64,000 nucleotides of DNA from Thermodesulfobacteriota bacterium (lineage in GTDB: Bacteria; Desulfobacterota; Desulfobacteria; Desulfobacterales; SURF-7): NCBI GenBank assembly GCA_049320885.1, contig JBMORA010000046.1:1-64000 (forward strand), in the 5' to 3' direction. The position numbers and the translations under genes are program-made. Below, piece after piece: positions 41,600 through 53,117 of the stretch. Each line of letters begins with the position of its first letter. Position 1 is the first letter of the stretch. The notes under the pieces were generated by a model, which was given only the letters and a program-made list of their open reading frames with translations, was not told the origin of the DNA and did no database searches.

Positions 41600-43144
41600 A
41601 TGGAAAAACGTCATCGAAAAAGGATTCTCCTGGGAACGGACGGTTTCCTGCTGGCGGAACTGGTTGCCATCGCCCGCCGGAAGACCCCGGTGGGGTTGCG
41701 CAAGGACGCGGAACAACGGATCGGTAAAGCCCGGCGACTCGTGGATTCATGGGTCGCTTCCGAAAGACGCATCTATGGAATCACCACGGGTTTCGGGGCG
41801 TTGAGCGATGTCGCCATTTCCCGGACCCAAGCCGCCGGACTCCAGAAAAACATCCTCATGAGCCATGCCGCCGGTGTGGGCCCGCCCCTGGAAGCGGAAA
41901 TCGTCCGGGCGGTCATGGCCCTGCGCATCAAGGACATGGCCAAGGGACACACCGGCATCCGCCTCCAGACCGTCCGGCACCTGATCCGACTGCTCAATGC
42001 GGACATCCTGCCGCTCATCCCCTGCAAAGGCTCGGTGGGCGCCAGCGGTGATCTGGCGCCCCTGGCCCATCTGGGGCTGGTGCTCATCGGCATGGGCGAG
42101 GCGCTTCATAACGGGCAGCGGATCTCCGGCGCCGAAGCCCTGGGCCGCTGCGGGCTTGCGCCCATCGAACTTCAGTCCGCCGAAGGGCTGGCCCTGGTGA
42201 ACGGCACCCAGGTCATGACGGCGATTTTCGGCCTGGCCCTGCATGACGCCATGCGGCTTGCAAAACTGATGGATATCGCCGCCGCCATGAGTCTGGAGGT
42301 GCTCATGGGCAGCCGGACGGAATTCGATCCGCGCATTCACCTAGTGCGGCCCCACCCGGGCCAGATCGCCGCCGCCGAAAACCTGCTGCGCATCACCCGC
42401 AACAGCGAGATCATCTCTTCCCACCGGGACTGCAGTCGCATTCAGGATGCCTACACCCTGCGCTGCTCCCCCCAGGTGCATGGCGCCGGACGGGATGTCA
42501 TCGCCTACGCCCGGCAAACCCTTGAAACGGAAATCAACGCCGCCACGGGCAATCCGCTGATCTTCGCGGATACCGGCGAATTCCTCACCGGCGGGAATTT
42601 TCATGGTCAGCCCCTGGCCATGGCCATGGACGCCCTTTCCATGGCGGTTGCCGAATTCGCCAATATCTCCGAAAGGCGCATCGAACGCCTGGTCAACCCG
42701 ATGCTGAGCGGCCTGCCGGCCTTCCTGGTGGCCGACGGCGGCCTCAATTCGGGCTTCATGATCGCCCAATACACCGCCGCGGCCCTGGTTTCCGAAAACA
42801 AGGTGCTGGCGCACCCGGCCTGCGTGGATTCCATCCCCACCTCGGCCAACAAGGAAGACCATGTTTCCATGGGCGCCATTTCCGCCCGCAAGCTGCGCGA
42901 AATTGTCCGCAACGCGGAGTATGTGGCGGCCATCGAATTGTTGTGCGGGGCCCAGGCCCTGGATCTGTTCACCAACCTGAAGCCGGGGGAAGGGACCCTG
43001 GCCGCCTACCACGCCGTCCGAAAAGCGGTGGATCACCTCGACAGGGATCGCGTGATTGCCGAGGATATTGAAAGGCTGATGGTCTTGATCCGCGGGAACG
43101 GGATTGCGGAAGCAGTCGAAAACATCGTCGGCGAACTGCGGTGA
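41600..43144 (+). CDS. hutH: Histidine ammonia-lyase
   Basis: YGITTGFG, His-specific LMSH, MIO motif GSVGASGDLAPL, QDAYTLRC, EDHVSM. Confidence 0.95.
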   Translation: MEKRHRKRILLGTDGFLLAELVAIARRKTPVGLRKDAEQRIGKARRLVDSWVASERRIYGITTGFGALSDVAISRTQAAGLQKNILMSHAAGVGPPLEAEIVRAVMALRIKDMAKGHTGIRLQTVRHLIRLLNADILPLIPCKGSVGASGDLAPLAHLGLVLIGMGEALHNGQRISGAEALGRCGLAPIELQSAEGLALVNGTQVMTAIFGLALHDAMRLAKLMDIAAAMSLEVLMGSRTEFDPRIHLVRPHPGQIAAAENLLRITRNSEIISSHRDCSRIQDAYTLRCSPQVHGAGRDVIAYARQTLETEINAATGNPLIFADTGEFLTGGNFHGQPLAMAMDALSMAVAEFANISERRIERLVNPMLSGLPAFLVADGGLNSGFMIAQYTAAALVSENKVLAHPACVDSIPTSANKEDHVSMGAISARKLREIVRNAEYVAAIELLCGAQALDLFTNLKPGEGTLAAYHAVRKAVDHLDRDRVIAEDIERLMVLIRGNGIAEAVENIVGELR

Positions 43145-43179
43145 CCGCCGATTAGCGCCAGGGGGGGGGAAATCATGTC

Positions 43180-44106
43180 ATGAGCGGTTTTCTGGAAGGA
43201 CGCATCAAAGGCCTGAGTCTGCCGGCCTTTTTACAGATGTCCGAAATGGAGGAGACCTCCTGCACCCTGCAGGTGACATCCGGCCGCAATGAAACCGGCT
43301 GTCTCTATCTGCTGAAAGGCAGGCTGATCGCCGCGGAAACCGCCGGCCTGAAAAATCTGGCCGCCGCCTGTGAGATCATCCGCTGGGAGGAGCCGGTGAT
43401 CGAAATCCGGAAGGAAATGTCGAAAACCGTCGATGAAATCAACACGCCGCTCATGAACATCCTGATGGACAGCCTGCGGATCAAGGACGAACAGCAGGCG
43501 GAACAAGACGGGTCACGGTTGGCTTCGCCGCGGGACATTCCCGCGTCTTCTCTTTCCCGGAAAGAGCCCCCATCATTGGAATCCGAAATGGAGCTCGAAC
43601 TCGATCTGGATCCCGGCGATCTTGAACTGGATTTGGATGAAGATTCCGTTGAGGATGGAAAACTTTCGAATACAGCGCCGCCGCCCGCCGCCGCGCACCC
43701 TTCCAGCCCCATGAAACAACCGGCTACCGACCAGGTGATCGAGGAGCGGATCCGCGCGTTTCAGGACAAAATCGCCGTCCTCTGCCCCCTGTGCCGCTCG
43801 GGCAGGATCATTCAGCAGCACGCTGGCGGCCAGCTCCCCTATTATGCCTGCTCCAACCGGGAATGCAATTTCATCAGCCGGGAAAAACCGTATATCCTTG
43901 CCTGCCCGTTATGCGCCAATCCGTTCCTGATTGAATTCACCGACGGCCAAGGCCGGGCCGCTCCGGGCTTGAAATGCCCCCGCCCGGATTGTTCCTTCCG
44001 TCAGGACACGTTATTGCCGCCGCCCCCGAACCAGCAAGGCGGCGGACAGACGGGAGACAAGCAGACCAAGACCTATCGGGTCATCCGGAAAAAACCTCCC
44101 GGATGA
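43180..44106 (+). CDS. DUF4388 protein with C-terminal topoisomerase-type C4 zinc ribbons
   Basis: LPAFLQMSEMEETSCTL N-terminal domain; acidic linker; CPLC..YYACSNRECNF..CPLC..CPRPDC. Confidence 0.75.
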   Translation: MSGFLEGRIKGLSLPAFLQMSEMEETSCTLQVTSGRNETGCLYLLKGRLIAAETAGLKNLAAACEIIRWEEPVIEIRKEMSKTVDEINTPLMNILMDSLRIKDEQQAEQDGSRLASPRDIPASSLSRKEPPSLESEMELELDLDPGDLELDLDEDSVEDGKLSNTAPPPAAAHPSSPMKQPATDQVIEERIRAFQDKIAVLCPLCRSGRIIQQHAGGQLPYYACSNRECNFISREKPYILACPLCANPFLIEFTDGQGRAAPGLKCPRPDCSFRQDTLLPPPPNQQGGGQTGDKQTKTYRVIRKKPPG

Positions 44107-44124
44107 AGTCCGGAACCATCCCGG

Positions 44125-44673
44125 TCATTTCCGAAAGCGATCCCAGAAGCCGTACCAGACCGCTTCGTAGCCTTCGGCCGGATAATTCCATTTTTCCCCG
44201 TAGACATGGATCCGCCTGGATTCTCCCTTGGCATCGTAGACCTTGCCGCCTTCCAGAACCCAGGCCAGGATTCCGCCCCGCAGATTCCGGACAGCCACCC
44301 CTTTGCCGGCCAGCTCCTCGGCGAACTTGCCGCTGCGGTAACTGATGGTGCAGTACACAATGACGGTGCGGCCGTCGTACCTGCGGATGTCTTTCAGAAA
44401 CGCTTCCCCGGTAACCGCCCCCGGCAGCCTGGAGACTTCCATTTCCGCCGGATCCCGTATATCCACGAAAAGGGCGCGGTTCTCCCGGTCCAGCGCCATG
44501 GCCTCCCGGGGGGAAATATCCGCCACCCCCGGAAAATCCTGCTTGTATTCCGTGTACATGCGGTAAACGATTGCCAGCTTGCGGGCATCGGTCTGTTCCG
44601 CCGCGCCCGCGGCGGATACAGCCACCAGACAGGCACAGCCCAGCGCCCGGGCCACTGCATTCCACGAGTTCAT
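44125..44673 (-). CDS. Exported rhodanese-domain protein
   Basis: FVDIRDPAEMEVSRLPGA, YCTISYRS, NLRGGILAW; signal peptide. Confidence 0.88.
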   Translation of the reverse strand: MNSWNAVARALGCACLVAVSAAGAAEQTDARKLAIVYRMYTEYKQDFPGVADISPREAMALDRENRALFVDIRDPAEMEVSRLPGAVTGEAFLKDIRRYDGRTVIVYCTISYRSGKFAEELAGKGVAVRNLRGGILAWVLEGGKVYDAKGESRRIHVYGEKWNYPAEGYEAVWYGFWDRFRK

Positions 44674-44702
44674 CAATCGGTAAGTCTCCCCGGAAAAATC
44701 GA

Positions 44703-46412
<1,710 letters not shown>

Positions 46413-46432
46413 CTAGAACAGCCGGTATGGTT

Positions 46433-47278
46433 TCACTCCATCATTCTCCTGAAATCCTCCACGGATTTCCTCAATTCCATCAATTCATCGGTCCCGTCGG
46501 GTTCCATTGCCTCGGAGGGCATTTCCCGATACCGGGATCGAAGCTTCTGAATGTCAAACAGGTCCCCGGGCAAAGCATTGTCCGCCTGCACCGCCAGAAC
46601 CTGAAAAACCTGCTGCAGACGGCCGCCCCGGTAGACCTCGATGCGATACGGATACCGGATACCCTTCTTGGCTTGCCGCCAATCCAGATAACGGAATTCC
46701 CAAAGCAAATCCCCCGATTCGGCCTGCATGGACCGGATCATGAAACGCCACGGCCGGTAGGTTTTCTTGTCCACCCACAGTTGGGGAGCGGACGATTCCG
46801 GGTATTTGGCGCCGATGACATGGCCGATGCGGCCGTCGAAGCGTCCAAGACTGGAAACATCCGCATCCACCCCCAGGTCCGACAGACGTTGCCATATCAG
46901 ATCCGGTTCATTGAACAACAGGACATCCTTGAAATGATCGACCTCGCCCTCGCTGGTGGACGTTACGGTTTGATCAATGACGGTAACGGCGCGCCCGTGG
47001 GAAAACAGGTGAATCTTTTGGATCGGATCGGACAGGGTTTCGCTCCGGAACCCATGGGGGAACCGGTACCGCAGCGTCTCCTTCAGCACAACGGGAGCCT
47101 GTTCCGGCCCTCGATTGTACAGCAACAACTGTTGTTGAACCAGCAGGTTTTGCCGCAGGCCGAGATGTTCAACCATTCGATTCAGAATATCCCTGCCTTC
47201 CGGCAGATACGCCCGGGCGGAAACATGACAACACAATACCAATGCCGCCACTCCGGTCCATCGCAGGGGTCTAGTCAT
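46433..47278 (-). CDS. Exported hypothetical protein (possible LolA-like fold)
   Basis: Signal peptide; QLWVDKKTYRP and FDIQKL patterns; lies between eno and pyrG. Confidence 0.7.
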   Translation of the reverse strand: MTRPLRWTGVAALVLCCHVSARAYLPEGRDILNRMVEHLGLRQNLLVQQQLLLYNRGPEQAPVVLKETLRYRFPHGFRSETLSDPIQKIHLFSHGRAVTVIDQTVTSTSEGEVDHFKDVLLFNEPDLIWQRLSDLGVDADVSSLGRFDGRIGHVIGAKYPESSAPQLWVDKKTYRPWRFMIRSMQAESGDLLWEFRYLDWRQAKKGIRYPYRIEVYRGGRLQQVFQVLAVQADNALPGDLFDIQKLRSRYREMPSEAMEPDGTDELMELRKSVEDFRRMME

Positions 47279-47297
47279 CCGGTTCCCCGCGGCCCCG

Positions 47298-48662
<1,365 letters not shown>

Positions 48663-48752
48663 TTACTATCCTCGCACATATCTGTCAAGAATATGGCCAG
48701 AATATGTCCGGATAAAATGCCGGATCGAATTGCAACCAGCGGAGAGACCGGA

Positions 48753-49163
48753 ATGAAAGCCCCTAAAAATATTTACGAAGAAGCCCATTTGATCGTCGCC
48801 GCCGTGCGGGTGCTGGCATATACCCGGCACGTTCCTCCCGCCGTGGAAGATGTCGGCGCGGCCCTCTCCCTTTCCCTGGAAGAGGCCAACCGCATCTGCC
48901 GGAAATTGAAAGAGCTTGAGATCATTGACATTGTCGAGGGGGCGTTCGGCACCAAATTGTATGTACGGGACCACCTGCGTATTGAAAATCTTCCCAGGGA
49001 CGGCAAGGACACCCGACTGGAGGAAGAACTCAAAAAATTCCAGGACGCCCAGAAGCACCTGTCCAAAAAAGTCGAATCCATCCAGGCCGAACAGACCCAG
49101 AAACGCAAGGAGCTTTTCGCCAAGCTGAACCAGCAGCTGAAGGGTAGTCTGGATAAAAAGTGA
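48753..49163 (+). CDS. Hypothetical protein (winged-helix-like N-terminus, coiled-coil C-terminus)
   Basis: True gene is the 3' end of track ORF 47481..49163, starting MKAPKNIYEEAHL. Confidence 0.7.
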   Translation: MKAPKNIYEEAHLIVAAVRVLAYTRHVPPAVEDVGAALSLSLEEANRICRKLKELEIIDIVEGAFGTKLYVRDHLRIENLPRDGKDTRLEEELKKFQDAQKHLSKKVESIQAEQTQKRKELFAKLNQQLKGSLDKK

Positions 49164-49173
49164 CGTCCCCTCG

Positions 49174-52131
49174 TTATTTGGGTCTCACCAACCGAAAACC
49201 GACATAGGTATTGGGGGTCTCGGCGGCAAACTTGTTCCGCTTCGCCGAGCGGGCATCCTTTTCCGAATGGTACCAGCTCCCGCCCCTGGCCACCCGTTCC
49301 GAGCCCCCGGATTTCACCACCGGGTTGCTTCTGGCATGGGCGGCATACGCATCCTCGACATACAAATCCTCCACCCATTCGTATACATTTCCGCTCATGT
49401 CGAAGATTCCCAGATTATTGGGCACTTTTTTCCCCACCGGATGGCTTGTCCTTTTGCTGTTACCCTTGTTCCAGCCCACCGCATTCACCTGGTTCCCACC
49501 GGAATACGGAAGGGAACCGCCCCGTTCCCGGGCCGCGAATTCCCATTCGGCTTCGGTGGGCAAGCGATAATAATCCGAACTCCGGGCCGCTTTGCCCAAC
49601 TTGTCCTTCAGGCGCTGATTCAGCCTCCCGATGAACGACTGCACGGAAATCCAGGAAACATTCTCCACCGGATAATTACCGCCCTTGTTGAAAAAGGACG
49701 GGTTGCCCCCCATGATCTGTTTCCACTCCGCCTGGGTGACTTCAAAAATCCCCATCCAGAACCCGTTGACGCAGACTTCATGCACAGGTCCTTCGTCCGT
49801 GTCCCTGGCCGATTCCGTAGCCGGACTCCCCATGGAATAACAACCACCCTCCACCCACGTGAACATCATTCCGGTCACCGGGTCCTTATAATAATCCCCC
49901 ACTTTCGGCGGGACCGGCTCCAGTTTGGCTTCCACGGTTTCGGTTGCGTCCGGTTTTACTTCCACAATCCCGACCCAGTCGATATGATCGGTCTTGGTGA
50001 TCTTGACCGTATATTTCCCTTTTTCGAGCCCCTTGAGCTGCCCCGGCGTATTGCCCTGGGGTTTTTCATTGAGAAACCATTTGGCTCCGGCCGGCTCGCT
50101 GACAACGCTCATGCCGCCGCAAATCGATTTCAACTCGAACGCGGACTCGGCGGATTTGCCGGCCGGAATCACGATGTCCCGGATAATCGATTCATGACAG
50201 TCCATGCCGACTTCCACCTGAAGGCGCCCGCTTTTCAGATTGCTCACGGTCAGCGGTGTCTTGCCCTCGTTCTTGCCGTTGATCAGGACGGTGGCACCTT
50301 CCGGTCTGCTGCTGATGTTCAAGCTGCCGTAGGCGGCATTGAGGTCGGCCATGATCTGCACCGTCGCCCCTGGTTTGACCGTCACTTTCTCTTTCCAGCT
50401 CAGATATCCTTCCCTGGTGATTTCAATTTCCTGGCCGCCTTCCTTGACGCGTTCCAGGGTCAGGGGGGTCTTGCCCTGCTTCCTGCCGTCAAGATATACA
50501 TCCGCTTCCGCGGGACGGCTCTCGATCAGCAAGCTGCCGTAGACTTCTCCCAATTCGGCGAACAGCTTGATGGATTCCCCGGAGGCGATTTTGACTTTCT
50601 GTTCCCAATCCTCATATCCTTCCTTCTTGACGACAATGGTCCGCTCACCCTTCTTCACCTGCTGCAACGTAACCGGCGTCTGGCCGAATTTTTTTCCGTC
50701 CAGATAGACTTCGGCCTCTTCGGGAGTGCTGGTGACCTCCAGTCCGCCGTAGAGCGATTCCAACTCGGCGATCACTTCGGATCGCTTCAAGGCGACGATC
50801 TCGATCTCCTTGCGCCATTCGTCGAAACCATCTTTTTTCAACATCAGGGTGTGAGGACCCTCCTTTACATCCGTCAGGGTCGTGGGCGTCATGCCCAGCT
50901 TCTTGTCGTCCAGATACACCTCGGCACCCGGCGGTTTGCTGTCGACGGCGATGTCACCGATGGTCGGTCGTTCGATCTTGATGCCCTGGGCCGGCTCCAC
51001 GGGCGGTGCTGCTTCCGGGGTGACCGGACCTTGCTGCTGGGGCGCCTGGACAGCCTCGGGCTTGGCCGTTTCCCCTTGCTGCATCTGGAACCACCAGCCC
51101 GCTCCGGCGGCCACGGCCAGCAACAGGATCCCCAGAATGACCGGCAGACGGCTTTTTTTCGATTTCTTTTCCGGTACAACCGGTTTCCCGGCGGCATCCG
51201 GTTGCGGGAGGGCCGGGGGCTCCTCGTCCTTCACCGGTTTACGCGGTTCCTCTTTCACCATGGGAACCGGTTTTTCACCGCTCAGCATGGCGATGAAATC
51301 GCCGGCGGTCTTGGGCCGGTCGGCCTGGTTTTTGGAGAGGCCGCAGAAGATGGCCTGGTTGACGTGTTCCGGAACGTCATCGATCTTTCCCGGCTGGCTG
51401 TGCAGGATCTGGTAGCGTAAATCCCCTTCGTAAAAAGGCGATCGGCCGGAAAGCATTTCATAGGCAATGGCAGCAAGGGCATAGATGTCGGTGGCGGCAT
51501 TCACCTCCCTGCCGGCAATCTGTTCCGGCGCCTTATAGCCGAAAGTGGCGGCATCTTCCGCCGCCGACACCCGGATGATGGTGTCGCTGAATACCCGCGC
51601 CACTCCGAAATCAGCGACCTTGACGACACCCGACTCGGTGAGGAGAATATTGGACGGTTTCAGGTCGGCATGGATGATCCGGGGACGGTTCTGGTGGGCG
51701 AAATCGATGGCCTCGGCAACCTGCTTCAACAGCGCGAGCGCCTCCTCCAGGTTCAGCAGACGCTCGTTTTCCTCCATCATATGGTACAGGGAACTGCCCG
51801 GAACATATTCATAGACGGCGAAGGTCAAATCCTTCCAGGTCTCCAGGTTGTACAGCCGGGTGATATGCTCGTCCGCCAGCAACATCGCCGCATCGGTTTC
51901 GCGTTTCAGGGCGCTCAGCGCGGTCTGGTCCTTGGCCACCTCCGGTGGTATGACCTTCAGGGCCACGTTCCGGTCCATTTCACGGTCGTACGCCAGATGA
52001 TCCACGGACATCTCGTCTTCCCGGATGACCATTTTGATCATGTACCGTTTCGCGACAAGACGATGCTGGATCAGGGTTTCCGCTTTGGAGCCTTTGGAAT
52101 CCTTCTTTTTCTTCGGATAATATTTTTGCAT
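49174..52131 (-). CDS. Membrane Ser/Thr kinase-like protein with 5 PEGA repeats and FGE-sulfatase (SUMF1/CLec) domain
   Basis: VALK, HADLKPSN, DFG, KAPE; TM helix; five SxPxxAxxxxxxxxxGxTP repeats; RLPTEAEWEFAAR, DMSGNVYEW, GFRLV. Confidence 0.9.
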   Translation of the reverse strand: MQKYYPKKKKDSKGSKAETLIQHRLVAKRYMIKMVIREDEMSVDHLAYDREMDRNVALKVIPPEVAKDQTALSALKRETDAAMLLADEHITRLYNLETWKDLTFAVYEYVPGSSLYHMMEENERLLNLEEALALLKQVAEAIDFAHQNRPRIIHADLKPSNILLTESGVVKVADFGVARVFSDTIIRVSAAEDAATFGYKAPEQIAGREVNAATDIYALAAIAYEMLSGRSPFYEGDLRYQILHSQPGKIDDVPEHVNQAIFCGLSKNQADRPKTAGDFIAMLSGEKPVPMVKEEPRKPVKDEEPPALPQPDAAGKPVVPEKKSKKSRLPVILGILLLAVAAGAGWWFQMQQGETAKPEAVQAPQQQGPVTPEAAPPVEPAQGIKIERPTIGDIAVDSKPPGAEVYLDDKKLGMTPTTLTDVKEGPHTLMLKKDGFDEWRKEIEIVALKRSEVIAELESLYGGLEVTSTPEEAEVYLDGKKFGQTPVTLQQVKKGERTIVVKKEGYEDWEQKVKIASGESIKLFAELGEVYGSLLIESRPAEADVYLDGRKQGKTPLTLERVKEGGQEIEITREGYLSWKEKVTVKPGATVQIMADLNAAYGSLNISSRPEGATVLINGKNEGKTPLTVSNLKSGRLQVEVGMDCHESIIRDIVIPAGKSAESAFELKSICGGMSVVSEPAGAKWFLNEKPQGNTPGQLKGLEKGKYTVKITKTDHIDWVGIVEVKPDATETVEAKLEPVPPKVGDYYKDPVTGMMFTWVEGGCYSMGSPATESARDTDEGPVHEVCVNGFWMGIFEVTQAEWKQIMGGNPSFFNKGGNYPVENVSWISVQSFIGRLNQRLKDKLGKAARSSDYYRLPTEAEWEFAARERGGSLPYSGGNQVNAVGWNKGNSKRTSHPVGKKVPNNLGIFDMSGNVYEWVEDLYVEDAYAAHARSNPVVKSGGSERVARGGSWYHSEKDARSAKRNKFAAETPNTYVGFRLVRPK

Positions 52132-52246
52132 GTTCAACCCGCCTGGATGAGATGAAATTGAAGGCCGCACACCGTTGCGCAGGTATCATATCCGAAATAT
52201 CTTGTGTGTCAATAATAGAATGAACACAAGATAAAGGATATGCGGA

Positions 52247-53104
52247 TTACCATCGGAATTCATTTATCTGGCCGGTATCCAGGCGGATATGGGCCATCCG
52301 GTTGCGGAACAAACCGCCTTTCCGGAGCAGGATTTTCAGGACCTCCATGACCTGAAAACCGGCAATCACCGCGGGGGTCGAAACCGGTGTGCCGAGAATC
52401 GCCTCGGCGGACGGCTGCCGTTGCTGACCGGTCGGTGCGTCTTCACCGTACAACAGCCGGAACCCTTGATCTTCCGGCAGAATGGTCATGATCCGGCCCT
52501 CGAAACCGGCCACGGCGCCGTGAACCAGGGGCAGAGAGAGGCTGCGGGCCGCATCCGCCAGCATAAACCGGTCGGGAATATTGTCCAGGGCGTCCACCAC
52601 CACTTCCATGCCCGAAAGCAGTTCAGCGGCGTTTTCCTTGCGGATTTTTCCGGGATAGGCCGTCGCCCGGACGGCCGGATTGACCAGGGAAACGGCCAGG
52701 GCAGCGGTTTCCGCCTTGTTTCTGCCGAGGGATTGTCGATCCGCCAGCAATTGCCGGTTGAGGTTGGTTTCATCGAAGACATCCCCATCCATGACATGCA
52801 GCCTGCCGACCCCCAGCCGGGCCAACTGCAGGATGACATGGCCGCCCAGCCCGCCGGCACCGGCGATTGCCACCGAGGATTCGGCCAGACGCACTTGTTC
52901 CCCTAACGATATGGCGTCCTGATTGCGCAGATACCATTTCGGCCAAATACCGGCCCGCAGGGCCGCCGCAACCACATCGGGCAGCTCCATCCCCAGGGCC
53001 GCGCCGGCGGCCGAAGCCCCCGCCAGACTGAGCACCCGCACCGGCCGGCCGGCGGCGTCCGTCGTCTCCACGGCATGGTTTTCCAACTCCTTGTGCACAT
53101 GCAT
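52247..53104 (-). CDS. ThiF/MoeB/HesA family adenylyltransferase (E1-like), cysteine-free
   Basis: GAGGLG, DVFDETNLNRQ, VDALDN; no Cys anywhere in the translation. Confidence 0.9.
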   Translation of the reverse strand: MHVHKELENHAVETTDAAGRPVRVLSLAGASAAGAALGMELPDVVAAALRAGIWPKWYLRNQDAISLGEQVRLAESSVAIAGAGGLGGHVILQLARLGVGRLHVMDGDVFDETNLNRQLLADRQSLGRNKAETAALAVSLVNPAVRATAYPGKIRKENAAELLSGMEVVVDALDNIPDRFMLADAARSLSLPLVHGAVAGFEGRIMTILPEDQGFRLLYGEDAPTGQQRQPSAEAILGTPVSTPAVIAGFQVMEVLKILLRKGGLFRNRMAHIRLDTGQINEFRW

Positions 53105-53117
53105 GTCGCAACCCCTT

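Noticed and set aside
49267..51420. 717-aa plus-strand ORF
   Set aside because: Antisense shadow of the kinase-PEGA-FGE gene
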